NCBI RefSeq assembly: GCF_006345805.1
Contig: NC_043016.1
Location: 1,674,001-1,738,000 of the forward strand
Direction: 5' to 3'
DNA from: Octopus sinensis
Lineage: Eukaryota
Length of the DNA stretch: 64,000 nt
Positions 41,036 to 55,000 of this stretch are shown piece after piece. The position numbers and the translations under genes are program-made. Numbering within the stretch: the first letter of the stretch is position 1; each line of letters starts with the position of its first letter. The notes beneath the pieces were generated by a model. The model was not told the origin of the DNA, searched no databases, and was given only the letters and a program-made list of their open reading frames with translations.

Positions 41036-41595
41036 AAATAAGGGCAAAAGAAAAATTCTAATGCCAAATATGCCGAAAATGACAAAATTGTCAATAACCA
41101 TTATAATTTAAGCGACTCGAAACAAGCCGATAAAAATTTCTTTAAAAATCCGTTATTACCGTATTTATCCCAATTGCGGAGATAATTTTCCCCTCCTCAC
41201 CGATAAATACGTAAGACATAAATGAAATACTTACTCATACCCATGGAAAAAGCAAGCACTAAGTCCTGAGCAGAGCTAGGTACCCCAAATATATCCAAAA
41301 CAGAAAATCTTCGGCACATCTCGAGACACGTGTGATTCAAACTAGAAACTTTCACAGAGTGAGAGAATCCGGAAGTGAACACTATTAAAATTACAACTAA
41401 TGTAGAACAAAATTTTTTTCGAAAAAAAAATTTTATCCTACATTAGTTGTAAATATATATATTATATATAATATATATATATATATATGATATATACACA
41501 TATTTTAATATGTTATGTATTAATATGTAGATGGTATTTTAATAATAGCATCCCTATGTATATATATATAGAATATATATAATATTATATATAAG

Positions 41596-41627
<32 letters not shown>

Positions 41628-41867
41628 TTGTATATAATATATATTATATATATAGATATATATATATATATATAATATATATAAATTACATATATTTATA
41701 TATATCTGAATATTATATATATATATATATATAATATATATACAGATCATATATCTATATAGACATATATATATATATAATATATTATTAAATATAATAT
41801 ATAAATATATATTATATATATACATATATTATATAGATATGTATATATATATAATATATATAATATA

Positions 41868-41912
<45 letters not shown>

Positions 41913-42124
41913 GTAAAATAATATATTACATTACTCAATAGTCAGATAAAACTCTGAGTTTCAGATGGCGAAGTGGAAATCCACCGGTTATCTGGCCATC
42001 TGAAAAACGCTATGAAAAAATACCGTTATACATTTGACTAAATTTTGTTTTACGTTTTTGGTCCCCTAAAGAAAACACATAGAATTTGCTTTCTATATTA
42101 CGTCCCAAACAGTTTTTTTATCTC

Positions 42125-42224
42125 NNNNNNNNNNNNNNNNNNNNNNNNNNNNNNNNNNNNNNNNNNNNNNNNNNNNNNNNNNNNNNNNNNNNNNNNNNNN
42201 NNNNNNNNNNNNNNNNNNNNNNNN
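42125..42224. other. Assembly gap (100 N)
   Basis: Read directly. Confidence 1.
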
Positions 42225-42704
42225 CAATCTCCTGACCACCATGCTTGGTCCGTAACCTCTATACATCCCTTATCTTTACATTCTTTTACACTTTTATCAT
42301 GTTTTTATCAGGTTTTTTTTACTTTTATTTCTATTATGTTTTTACTTATAACTTATGCCTTTACATTATTTATATTTCTTTATATTTCTTTATACCCCCT
42401 TTACATCTCCTTACAACTCTTTATATCTTTATCCTCTACATTTTATATTATTCTATACTTACACTTTTATACATTTTTTATCCCTCGTCCCGAACTCTCG
42501 CCCCTCCATCTTCACCTCTATATATGTATTTATTTATTTACATTACCTCAACATCCAATTTTCCTCATTCTACATTGAGAAAAGAAAGAGATGGACGCTT
42601 CAATTCTATGCTGCTGCCGCATTATGTCGTACGTGAATGAGAGGATTTGCATCCCCAACCAAGAATTTTTGATGTAACACATGTCCTTGTGGAAACTGTT
42701 GTGC

Positions 42705-42782
42705 GCGGCTGAAGAAGGCCACAGACATACATTATGCATTGTTATAAATCTGTCTAATAAAGGCCCGAAACATATGTACCGC
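42705..42782 (+). ncRNA. Type I hammerhead ribozyme with consensus core and a perfect palindromic stem III, in the solo arm 42636-42820
   Basis: GCGG CUGAAGA A GGCC...GGCC C GAAA CAUAUGU A CCGC. The stem III region ACAUAUGU is self-complementary. Predicted cleavage is after A42778 (GUA). Confidence 0.8.
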
Positions 42783-42816
42783 TGAATCCTTCGCATCATG
42801 TTTTTTTATTTTGATC

Positions 42817-42847
<31 letters not shown>

Positions 42848-42909
42848 CATACATACATATACATAATACATACATACATATATATATTATATATATATAT
42901 ATATAATAT

Positions 42910-42951
<42 letters not shown>

Positions 42952-43438
42952 ATATATAATATATATATTATATATATATATATTAATATATAATATATAC
43001 ATGCATACATACACACATATATACATATGTATTTTTGCATGATGTTGCTGCAACAGTCACCACACCTATGAACATCAATTTATGAGAGAAGTAAATACTC
43101 AACTTATATCTTCTGATTTTCTTCCTATCCTCCCCGCCTCCGACACATGTATACACATACACACGCATCGTGTGTATGTGTGTCTGCTCATAATCACAGA
43201 TACACATACGCACCTATATAATCACGAGCACGCGCGCTCATACGTTACTATGTATAATCTCCAAAGAAGCATTAGAGATAGTGCCGAATGAAAATATACA
43301 CGTCCGTATACACGCAGAACTGATAAAAGAAGACCTCCTAAAACTTTTCATCTAATTAAACACGTCAACATACTTATAAATATATGCCTACATGATCATA
43401 TGTATATACTTGTTCTCGCGTGCATGATTGAATATACG

Positions 43439-43469
<31 letters not shown>

Positions 43470-43554
43470 GCAAATTCGCGCGTGTATACATATATTTGTA
43501 TATATGGGAGTGTGCATATGTATATAGATAATATATATATATATATATATATAT

Positions 43555-44926
43555 AGGGAAGGTTTACGAAAATAAAGAAAAGACGAAGGCAGGTGGAGTA
43601 CAAACAAGCAAATGTATTAGTATGGCGCTCAGGAATTGAAATAGTATGTCTTTTACGTTTCGAGCCTACGCTCTTCGACAGAAAGATACACAGAAAAGAA
43701 ACAAGGAGAGAAAAAATGCCTGTAGGAACTAACGGTCTATCATGGCGTTCTATATATATATATATATATGCATGTGTGTAGGTGTGCGTGTATATGTATA
43801 TATACGTGTGCGTGTGTGTGTATGTGTGCGCGCGTTTGTGCATATGTGTATCACAGTACAGGCTCGTACATACATGGCTTGAGAACAGAGCCAATAGAGT
43901 CAAATGACAACTACAAGTATAATAGACAAGATGAGAACGTCAAATACAAATGATTCATTAATGACAGAGAGAAGGGGAGGGAGAAAGAGCAGAGAAAGAG
44001 AGGAGAGAGAGAGAGTGGGGGTGAAAGAGCGGAGTGAGAGAGAGAACTGTAAATAAATACGAAAGAGTAAAAGAAATCTGATCGTGACAACGCTCTGCCT
44101 GCAGAAAGTATAAACATGGTTCACTCCACGCATGATTTGGCAACGCCATTTGGCCTTATGAATTGGTCAGTATCAGAATTAGCGAGATGTATTTTAGCTA
44201 CTCGGTCTTCTTGGAGATTTTAGTGCCATTCGAGATGTAGGCAGATTGGACTAACAGCTATGACCTTCAATGTTTAGAAGCATCATTCAGATAGAGATGT
44301 TAATAGGAAAGCAATATGACAGTGACTGTCTTGCTCAAGTCTGTAAATATGAAGATAAACAAAATTATTTTGAGCAAGAATGGTTACTCTTTAAGGAATA
44401 TAAAATAATCCGACTTAATAACTATAACAAAGGTAGGAAGCAATAATAATTCCCATCATGTATTTGTTAAAAGACAAAAAAAAAAACATATGTAGAGACA
44501 CCGGAGACTCAATTATGTGGTGATACTTGTAGCATGTAAAGGATTAAATAACGATGTCCACAAATAAAATATAGCAATATGTTGTAAACAGTAAATATAT
44601 AGAAATATTTAAAAGTCAACACTTGAGTATAAATTGTTCGGCTTTGAACTGGAGTTAAAAGTTGTCAATGAAAATCTTCCCAAGGAAAATGTTTTTATCT
44701 CGAGCGTTCGAGCGTCTATCATTGGCAAGGCCAAGAAAGGTCAAAATCACGTGATCTGGAGGTAGTGGGGACTTTTCTCTCCACTAGTGGTATGAACGAG
44801 AGTGTATTTTGCACCAAAAGGCAATACGAGTGTTTCTCACATGGTATCTGGGGATAAGTTATTACCTCCCAGTATTAATACTGCCTCTGTCGTTAATATT
44901 TTTAACAAGCTAACTGTCACTTTATA

Positions 44927-44966
<40 letters not shown>

Positions 44967-46335
44967 AAGGTTTACGAAAATAAAGAAAAGACGAAGGCAG
45001 GTGGAGTCCAAACAAGCAAATGTATTAGTATGGCGCTCAGGAATTGAAATAGTATGTCTTTTACGTTTCGAGCCTACGCTCTTCGACAAAGAAATACACA
45101 GAAAGAAACAAGGAGAGAAAAAATGCCTGTAGGAACTAACGGTCTATCATGGCGTTCTATATATATATATATATATGCATGTGTGTAGGTGTGCGTGTAT
45201 ATGATATATACGTGTGCGTGTGTGTGTATGTGTGCGCGCGTGTTGTGCATATGTGTATCACAGTACAGGCTCGTACATACATGGCTTGAGAACAGAGCCA
45301 ATAGAGTCAAATGACAACTACAAGTATAATAGACAAGATGAGAACGTCAAATACAAATGATTCATTAATGACAGAGAGAAGGGGAGGGAGAAGAAAGAGC
45401 AGAGAAAGAGAGGAGAGAGATGAAGTTGGGGTGTGAAAAGAGCGGAGTGAGAGAGAGAGAACTGTAAAATACATACGAAAGAGTAAAAGAAATCTGATCG
45501 TGACAAGAGCTCTGCCTGCAGAAAGTATAAACATGGTTCACTCCACGCATGATTTGGCAACGCCATTTGGCCTTATGAATTGGTCAGTATCAGAATTAGC
45601 GAGATGTATTTTAGCTACTCGGTCTTCTTGGAGATTTTAGTGGCCATTCGAGATGTAGGCAGATTGGACTAACAGCTATGACCTTCAATGTTTAGAAGCC
45701 ATCATTCAGATAGAGATGTTAATAGGAAAGCAATATGACAGTGACTGTCTTGCTCAAGTCTGTAAATATGAAGATAAACAAAATATTTAGCAAGAATGGT
45801 TTCTTTTAGGAATATAAAATAATCCGACTTAATAACTATCAAAGGTAGGAAGCAATAATAATTCCCATCATGTATTTGTTAAAAGACAAAAAAAAAAAAA
45901 TATTGTAGACAGACCCCGGAGACTCAATTATGTGGTGATACTTGTAGCATGTAAAGGATTAAATAACGATGTCCACAAATAAAAATATAGCAAATATGTT
46001 GTAAACAGTAAATATATAGAAATATTTAAAAGTCAACACTTGAGTATAAATTGTTCGGCTTTGAACTGGAGTTAAAAGTTGTCAATGAAAATCTTCCCAA
46101 GGAAAATGTTTTTATCTCGAGCGTTCGAGCGTCTATCATTGGCAAGGCCAAGAAAGGTCAAAATCACGTGATCTGGAGGTAGTGGGGACTTTTCTCTCCA
46201 CTAGTGGTATGAACGAGAGTGTATTTTGCACCAAAAGGCAATACGAGTGTTTCTCACATGGTATCTGGGGATAAGTTATTACCTCCCAGTATTAATACTG
46301 CCTCTGTCGTTAATATTTTTAACAAGCTAACTGTC

Positions 46336-46340
<5 letters not shown>
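43555..46340. repeat. Tandem direct duplication of a ~1.4-kb unit (43555-44925 and 44962-46340)
   Basis: The units are colinear and differ mostly by 1-2 nt indels. Each starts with the HHR-bearing unit on the minus strand. Confidence 0.9.
43649..43686 (-). ncRNA. Hammerhead-like motif with CUGUCGA core (copy of 29852-29889)
   Basis: Reverse complement reads tctttctgtcgaagagcgtaggctcgaaacgtaaaaga. Confidence 0.6.
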
Positions 46341-46372
<32 letters not shown>

Positions 46373-48924
46373 CATAGGATTACCTTGATTATTTATATTA
46401 CCTTGATTATTTATAAATGACCCAAAATAGGATGTTATATTTTATTTTATATGTCTTTCGTATATATTTTTATTAATGCACCCATTTTTAAAAGCAATGT
46501 TTTTTAAAAAAAGCAATGTTGTCAAAATTAGAATGTTTATATAAGTATGTGTATAGCAAAGCATATGTATTTGTAAGCATGCGTATCTGTGTATGTGTAA
46601 GTGAAAGTATGCTTGTGCTTAAGCACACATATACACGACGGTATGTATATGTATCCATTCAAACTTGTGTATGTATACTGGTCTCTATAGATGCCAATAA
46701 CATCGTTACACTACTTGAATACATAATTTTTTCCTTATTTCGTTTTTCCCCACCCCTCCTTCGTTCCTTTTTCTCTCTTTCCCTTTCTTTCGTTCCCCCT
46801 CCTTGCTCAGTATATGAGAATTGCTACATAGATGAATTTTAGCTTGCGTGCGAGACGGTTTGCGTGAATATATGTACACATGCTTTTATGTGTATATTTA
46901 GATTTATATTCATACGTCTGTATATGTATGTATGGCGTTTACGCGCATCCTTTTGTGTATGTTGATATATATATGTAGATTTTAATATAAATATGTATTG
47001 CAGTATTTATAACAGGTTTAATTTTATGCATTAATTTGCACTGTCTTCATTAACGTCAATAGGTTTTTTCCTCGGATTTTATAATTTTTATAAGTTTTTT
47101 ATATATATATACATATATTTTTGACCTTTTTGTTTATCGCTCGAAGATTGACCGTTTTTTCTAAAGGGCCAATCAAACAAGTCCATTTCTTTTTAAAGGT
47201 GTAGCGTTTGTAAGAGTATAGATTGAATTGATATATCAGTTCCATTCTAGCAAAAACTGTCTGATGAACGGCAACGAGAAACTCAGAGTAACAGATTTTG
47301 TTGAATTTTCTGCTGCTTAAAATAAAGTATATATATATATATATATATCGCTGGCAGGGAGATGAATTGCTGCTGTTTCTAGCAATCAAAACATCCATAT
47401 TCAATTAGAAGTTATCTTGAGCAGTCGGGGATCCATCATTGATAAGACCAAGGAAGGTCAAAATCATTGGATCCGGTGACCTCGGCGCTGGAGGTGGCAG
47501 GAATTTGTCTTCCGCTAGCAATAGGGACAAGGGTGCATTTTGCACCAAAAGCCAATATGAGAGAGTTCCTCATGGTAGCTACCGCAGTAAAATTTGCTCT
47601 AAGAGGGCATCCACGTTGAAGTGGAATAAATATTACCTCTCGGTTTAAATATTTTCTTGAGTCCCATGACTCATTGGGCCAGTTACTCAGTTTCCACAGC
47701 GTATGAGTGATCATGATCACAACATTCTCCCTGACTGAAACGCTGGTCAGTTGTAGTGTTCAAGGACAGCAATTTTGAGGGAAGGGGTTTAGTTTATTAC
47801 ATCGACCACAATACTTTATTGGTACTTTGTTTTATCGAATCTGAAGAGATGAAAGCGAAGCTGATCTCGACAAATTTTAATTCAGACCGTAATGAGCGAG
47901 AAGAACTGTCTCAGGTGCTAATAATTCTGGCAGTTCGCTGCCTTCCTCCGGAAAATAGTTGCACGAAAATGTTTAAAAAAAAAAAACTCAGTCTAAACCA
48001 AACAGCAATCAGCAGACAGATGCGGGATAAGAGTAAGTCGGTAAAATTCACAGAAACTCATTATCAGGTGACAAAAATTCTTTTTGCAGAGAAAACCTGA
48101 AATGATAATATAAACAGGATTCAGCATGGCTAGAAATAAAGTCAAAGAAGTATTACCTCTGCAGTGTACACATTTTTAGACTATCAATAACGAAATTCTT
48201 GTGATTGTAGTACAAAAAAAAATATGCAAAAATATCAGGCTCCTGGTACAATGCCTTTCGGTTGTAACTTATTCAACTTTAATAGCAAATTGTCAGCTGG
48301 AGTATAATAAACCAGCTGGTACTGACAGAATCCATTATGTTACCAAATATCATAGCTATTCATATTACAAAGAACTACTGTTTGAATCCCTTTCTCGCGG
48401 ATCACCTTGATAGTAACTTTAGTATTTCTGTAGCAACAACCAAAAGTAAAAAGGGGGTTTGTGAAAGTGCTGAACAAAATTGTGATGTGAGATGAGCGTC
48501 GTGCGTTGCAAGAAATTGAAAATGGCCTTGCTGGATTAAGAGTTTAATTTCGTTCCACATTCGTTTTTTTCTTTCTATTTTGAGAAGTAGTACGATTAGC
48601 TAAATTTCTAGAGATCATAAAAAATAATGAACAATAGAAAGGTTGAGCTCATCGTGACCGCCATCCAGAAGTTGAACACATTGAATGATTCAGTTTATCG
48701 TTAAAGACACTCTCACACCGTGGTATTGTAATAAATTATTTACTGTTTTTATTGAAGAAAGGCATTCAAGAGCTTGACGATAATGTGAAGTAGAGCTGCG
48801 CGGTGCGTCTAAAAATTACAGAGAGGACTTCAACTATGTATAAAATAGTCCAACTATACGACAGGACAGTTGAAAAAATAACAACAGCAACAATGAGGCT
48901 ACAGTGGTGGTAGTGATGGGAGAA

Positions 48925-49662
48925 GTAGTCGCCTGGCTGTGCTACTGAGGGGCGATGCCTGTTCGGGATAAATTCTACCGGCACGGAAGTGCCATCAGCC
49001 GGGCCTGCTCAAAGTGCGCTCAGAGTGACGAAACCCTTATGCACGAACTCGTCTAGTGCCCGAGCATTGCTGACCTGTGGGTTTATGTCGAACAGCTTCT
49101 GTTGCGTTTAGGACGGATCTGGATATCAGCTGAATTCACAGTGAAGATTGCCCCGCCGGCCTCCTTTAACGGGAGGGTAAGGCAATTTTCATATGTCTGG
49201 TGGCTGTAGCGAAAGAAGTATAGTGGACCCATTTGAAAGGGCTAAAGTCAGACAATTTCTTCTTTGGCAAATGTCTCATCAACATCTTCAAGTTCCACTT
49301 GAAAGGGAAAGTGAGAGTAGGGAGGGCAGTATTATCTTGTAGCAAATTTGTTGAAAGGTGGGCAAATGTCGGAAAAATGGTCAGTATGGATGGACCAATT
49401 CTGAGAATACGCCTATAAAAAAAAGCAAAGTATCAAAGGAGAAGGGCTCTTGCCTTGTTGACCAGGCACCCGTGGTTTTTATGGGTGTTTCCACGAGTAA
49501 CCTTTAAAGTGCCTCCTTTTATTGGGGGTTTTACTTGTTACATTGTTTTGTTTTCATTATGAAATGTTTACACGAACCTTTTTTTGCAAAACACTTTGTA
49601 TATCGCCTTGTGTTGTCCTTTAATGTTTTGATTTATATTAGCCCTCGCAGCCAATAAAAAGA
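48925..49662 (+). mobile_element. Diverged 3' fragment of a Tx1 family A-like LINE with (ATT)n tail
   Basis: gcctggctgtgctactgaggggcgatgcctgttcgggataaattctaccggcacgg; ORF 49233-49418; end tagccctcgcagccaataaaaagaatt. Confidence 0.8.
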
Positions 49663-49739
49663 ATTAATCATTATCATTATGATTATTATTTTCATATACA
49701 CTCAACAGATTAGACTGTTGGAAAAGAAAAAATCCTAAC

Positions 49740-51800
49740 ATCAGGCTACAACAAGTAATCTTAAATGCCAAGAACCTTCCTAAGTATCTTAGTTGTCCCT
49801 AATAACACTGTTTTCTGGAGAGGTACTAAAATGGGTTTTATGCATATTTTCCCTATACGTCTGTTAAGATCTTTAGGAATAGTTCCCAATGCACTTGTAA
49901 CTACTGGGATACATTTTACCCGCAGTTTCCATAGCCTTTATAATTCAATGGCTAGGTCCTGGTGCTTTGCTAATCTTTCTTTACCTCTCATATTGATTTT
50001 GTTTTTCATCATTTGGGACAGTAAAGCAAATTATCTGGCACTTCGTATTCCCTTTATCTACTATTATTAAATCAGGCCTCCTAGCTTCTACTACACTGTC
50101 AGTCTGAATGTTAAAGTCTCACAGCATCTTGTACTTCTTACTTCCTAGTACTTTACTAGGTTGATGTTCATACCATTTATTAGTATGCTAAAATCCTAGT
50201 TTTCTACATAACTCCCAGTGGATTATTCTCCCTAGATTGTCATGTCTTTTCTCGTGTTCTTTCCGTGCCAGCATGCTAGATTCACTTACTATATGTTTAA
50301 CACTTTCCTCTTTTGATTTGCACAACCTATATTGGAACTCTACTTGGTTTTTGTCTATTTTGGCTTTTATCCAATTAGTGCTTAATGTTTGATCTTATGC
50401 CACTACTAACAAACTTTCTATCTCCCTTTTCAGTTTTCTTTTCTGCAACCACAGCCACGTTTCACTACAACTATTTGCTGAAACTATCTTTGGGAATCTA
50501 CTTCGTTTGGGTTTTTGGTTTTCCTATGTCTTACTGCGACTCAGGCAGCTCTTAATAAACTTTCTTTACTATTACCTACATAGGAGTTTATATCTACTCT
50601 AGCTAACTCCATGCAGTCTTCTACTGATATTAACCCTCTTCAGCCTTCCTTTGTACTCCTGCCCAAGGATGGAATCCTTTATTTATATTGAATTCCTCCT
50701 AGTTCTTCTGTCTAGCTTTGCTAATTCAGCTCCTGTGAAATCTACAAAAGCTGTTGAGTATCTAAGTAATGATACTGCGAAAGTATTTACAGCATTCCCT
50801 ACATTCGGACCATTTAGCTTTGATTTCATTGGCTGTCGCACCCTTCGGATGTACTCCTTCTCAATTTTCGTTTTCATTTCTATAGTTAGTACTCTGTCAG
50901 ATCATACTACTCCTAAGTACTACTCTTCCTTCCAATGATTTTAATGTCTGGCCATCTGGTAATTGTATACCTTCGCTGTTGACTATCTGTCTCTTTCCCA
51001 TGATTAATATTGCATGCCTATGTCTTTACTGAAGAGTCTTACAGTCTGTATCTCTTTTCCATTCTTACTAAAATGCTTTAGATCATCCATGTAGAGCAAA
51101 TGGTTAATTCTTTTCCTTTTTTTCTGAGATGAGACCCTGCCTTTGCCGTCCTTAATACTAAACTAGGGTGGGTGGATCAAACATAAGACAAATATTAAAG
51201 GGGACAACGAGTCTCTCTGGAAATTTCCTCTTTTGATATTAATTCTCCCTAAGAGTTTGTCACCTGAGTAGAGATCTACTTTCTATTTCTTCATACCAAA
51301 GCTAATTAATTCTTTTATGTTGTCTGCTGTACTGAATGCACTCAGACATTCACTTATCCATGAGTATGGAATCACGTCATTGGTTTTCCTATAATGATTA
51401 TTGTTATTATATTGTCTTTGCACAGCTTCTAACGGTGGAGATGTACTACGGTGTTAGTTGTTCGCTACCAGTGAACTAAGGTAACAACCCTTGTTTTCCG
51501 AGCACCATCCGGAGTATGCGAGCAGTTTTGTTGTTTTCTGCTCCGTCCTATTTGTTCCATCTACTTCTCAAGATTTTTACTCACTGTTCCCAGGGCTTCG
51601 ACAATTATTGGTACTACTACCACCTTTTTCAGCGACCACAACTGTTTAACATGTCATATCAAGCTAACATGTCATATCTATCGACTTTTCTTTCTTCCTT
51701 ATCGCATACTTTGTTGTCAGCTGGGTATGCTATATCTATGATCCAGCCTCGTTTGCTTTCTTTCTCAATTAAGACTATTGCTGTATCTATGATCCAGCAT
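49740..51800 (-). mobile_element. Degraded R4-type LINE (RT to RLE)
   Basis: On the minus strand: INHLLYMDDLK (~51085-51110); RGNFQRDSLSP (~51205-51235); KTKIEKEYIRRVRQ...KLNGPN...AVNTFAVS; GALGTIPKDL (~49870). Confidence 0.75.
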
Positions 51801-51829
51801 GCTATATCTATGATTCAGATTATTGTTGT

Positions 51830-52070
51830 TGTTGTTAATTTCTCTTTATCATAGGTTTAGTTAGAGCTTCTGGAGTCATGCATGCGTAGCGGGCCTACTA
51901 CCAGCAGCCTATCCGTTCTTTTCAGTTACCTAATACTTTCCAGATAATTATGACCGTGCCAAAGAAGCAAACTTTTTGTAACTCTTGCAGTCTTCTGGTA
52001 ATGTTTCCAGAGACCCAACAATAATTGACACTTTTTTCAGTAATTTTACTATCATTATGACTCTAAGCCG
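51830..52070 (-). mobile_element. Short degraded 3' end of another RLE-type LINE with (CAA)n tail
   Basis: Frameshifted IIVGSL...LQKV..FGT.IIIWKVL-like reading, followed by a UTR and aacaacaacaacaat. Confidence 0.45.
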
Positions 52071-52074
52071 AGGA

Positions 52075-55000
52075 AGCCACGCTTGACTTCGGCTCCATAT
52101 TTTGCTTTCGAAAATCGTCAGTTTTCTCCGGAAAATACCGGTGCCTTCCTGTCATTTTCAACCAGGGTGGAGAATAAGGTCTCTTCCTTCGGCTGTTGAG
52201 TTTTATTTTTGTTTAAAGTCCTTCTGTTTCTTGGGGTCTTATCGAATTCTATCCCTTTTTTATTCCACGTGGAAAAGTTTAGAATCAATGGCAGCAACAA
52301 ATATTTTCGAGGGGATGTCAGTCGTCGATGAGAGCGGAGATGAGACAGAGGAGTGCCTTGCTACAAAAATGAGAGAAGGTGATATTTCTTCACCTGTTGA
52401 TGTGACTACTAAACAAACTAGCAGGCAAAACAAGATGACCATCCCAATCACAAACAACAATTCCGGCACCACTGCCACCATCACCTCTACCACGATCACT
52501 ACGAACAACTACAACAACAACAACAACAGTAAAGCTTTTACGGGAGAGAAAAATAAGTAGCACAGCAACAGCATAAAGGATTTTCCCTCGTTGGCAAGTA
52601 GTTTGGCTACTTCGGTCAACGATTTGAACATCCCCAGAAACAATAGCGTCGTTTTGGTTCCGACTAATACCAACAACGATAGGAACAACATAAGCAGTAA
52701 AAACTACATAATCAACACCAATAATAACAGCAACGATAAAAACAACTCATTTACAGGATTAACAAATCTGGAAGGAAAACATGTGTATCTGAGTGAAGCA
52801 GAAATGATCCTTAATAGAGGGGTTAGGAAAACCAAGCTTACTATCCCTTCAGATTTGATGGAGAGGACGGCTAGAAGGACCATCGTATACAGATGTGTAT
52901 CGCTAAAGAAGAGGTAAATTTTCAATGTGTTACACATCCAAGTAAAAAAATGCTTGAAGGGCATTTGGACTGATATTGATTTCCTCACACGAGGGAGACA
53001 ATATGTTTCTATGGAAGTGAGGTTCCTCGCAGAGGCACTGGCCCCAATACACCAATGGTCCAGTGCAAACACGAGGATCTTCTTTCCCTTCCTACATACC
53101 TTGGACGGCGGGTGGTAAAAGTTAAAATATCAGATGTGCTATCAGAATTAGACATCTGGTGGTTGGTTGCGGGCGCTGTGGTCGAAGGCCCGGAATCGCT
53201 TCTAGAAATTAAAAAAATATCGGAAGGAGAACTGGTCCGGAAGCGGGTTGGAGATTTTGATCCAGGTAAAACCGGAATCCCTGGACAAGGTCCCCAACCT
53301 TATCGAGCTGCCCAACGGAGCACAACTCCAAGTCGTGGTGGAAGTCAGAAAGCCAAGATACCACACTTGTGGGCCTGATACATTTGAAGAACCTCTGCCT
53401 ACAACAAGCAACGCCCGACCATCCCTACAGACAAGCGACAGAGACACCATGTACTTCCGACACTGGCGATTTAGAAGCCTTATCATGCGACGAGGGGAAT
53501 TGAATCTCCCAAGAAGGACTTGTGTTGGGGAAAAGCGGAAAAATAGTTCAAGAAAAGGCCGTCCTAAGCTGAAAGTGAAAAGACAGGACGAGGAAAATTT
53601 ACCTAATCCATCAACTACACTAACAACACCGACACACTCACCCAAATCTCGACATCAAAAGCAATTCACACTCACTCAACCATAACCACAACTACAAAAG
53701 CACCAAACAGAAAACAAATACACGAAGAGAAACAACAATCACAAGAACAACTCGCACTTCAGAACCTGAACGCCGCATCAATTTCACAGTTGTTCGTAAG
53801 AGCAACAACGAGCTGATGCAGGAAGTATGGAAAATATAAATATTCATACAAAAGGAATAGGGCTCGATGAACTTCTGTCGAAAACTCACCATAACAGTCA
53901 GTTGATAAAAACTGATACAAACACAAACTTAGAACTTAAAAAAAGACCCAAAAGTCACTGGACCTTATAGGCTAAAACTGGATAAAAGGACCTTCATCAT
54001 TAATAATGCGCCAGACGAGATAGCTGAATCAGCCTAACCTCTCAAAATTCAGGGTAAGCGATATTCTTCCATTTTTCTTCTCCGATAAACATGGTGGTTT
54101 TCATAGTGGAGTGTGTGAATGTTCGGTCATTTGCTAAACGATCTCAGGTCACTCGATTTAGATGTGGCTGCAATTAGCAAGACAAAGATTTCTAGTGCGC
54201 AAGCACTAGCACCCATTTTCGATGACTATGAGATATTCTCATCATGTGGTCTGTCGGGAGCAGGCGGGAGGTAGTAGTGCCTTTCTGAAAATCCTTAGAT
54301 CTCGAATTAAAGGCAATCTTCTTGGACCCGGTCGGCACCTTAGAAGTCCTAGATGCGAATGGTAGCCAAAGTAGCAAACTTAGACTGATGGTCATCTATG
54401 CCACGACAGTGGCTGGAAGGCCAGAATTCTTCAGGCGTCTGGAAGCATTTCTGGGAAAGTTTCGCGGCTTAGTACTAGTAGGGGACTGGAATGGGATTTT
54501 GGATACACGGAAGGACTGTGTGGAGCTAGTACACAGAAGAAGGGGCTAAAAAAGCCTCGAAAACCTTCTCAGACACACACTTCCAATTGTCTGAAAGGTA
54601 TCGACTGGATTTCCCTGATGTGCCAGAGTAGACATAGAGAAACCACAATGGATCATGCAGATCGTATCTAGATAGAGTATTGTTAGGTTAGACTCCTCCG
54701 AAGTGGAGACGGTCGGCACCACCTTAAGGGAATATGAGTCGGTTGCAGGGGCTTAAAATCAACGCCGACAAATAGGTAGGTTTGCGGTTGGGGTCCTGAA
54801 GAGGCAGGATGGAGAGTGTAAGTTGTCCAAAATTTAAATTGGTCGACTACTCAAACCACAAGTTTTTGATCTGCACAGTCGAGTTAGATAGGAGCCGTAG
54901 GCAGGGACCTGGTTACTGGAAGTTAAACGCATCTATTCCGGCACACAAAGACTACAGGGACCGGATTAGTGAACTAGTTAAGCGGCAGTTGACGTGGACA

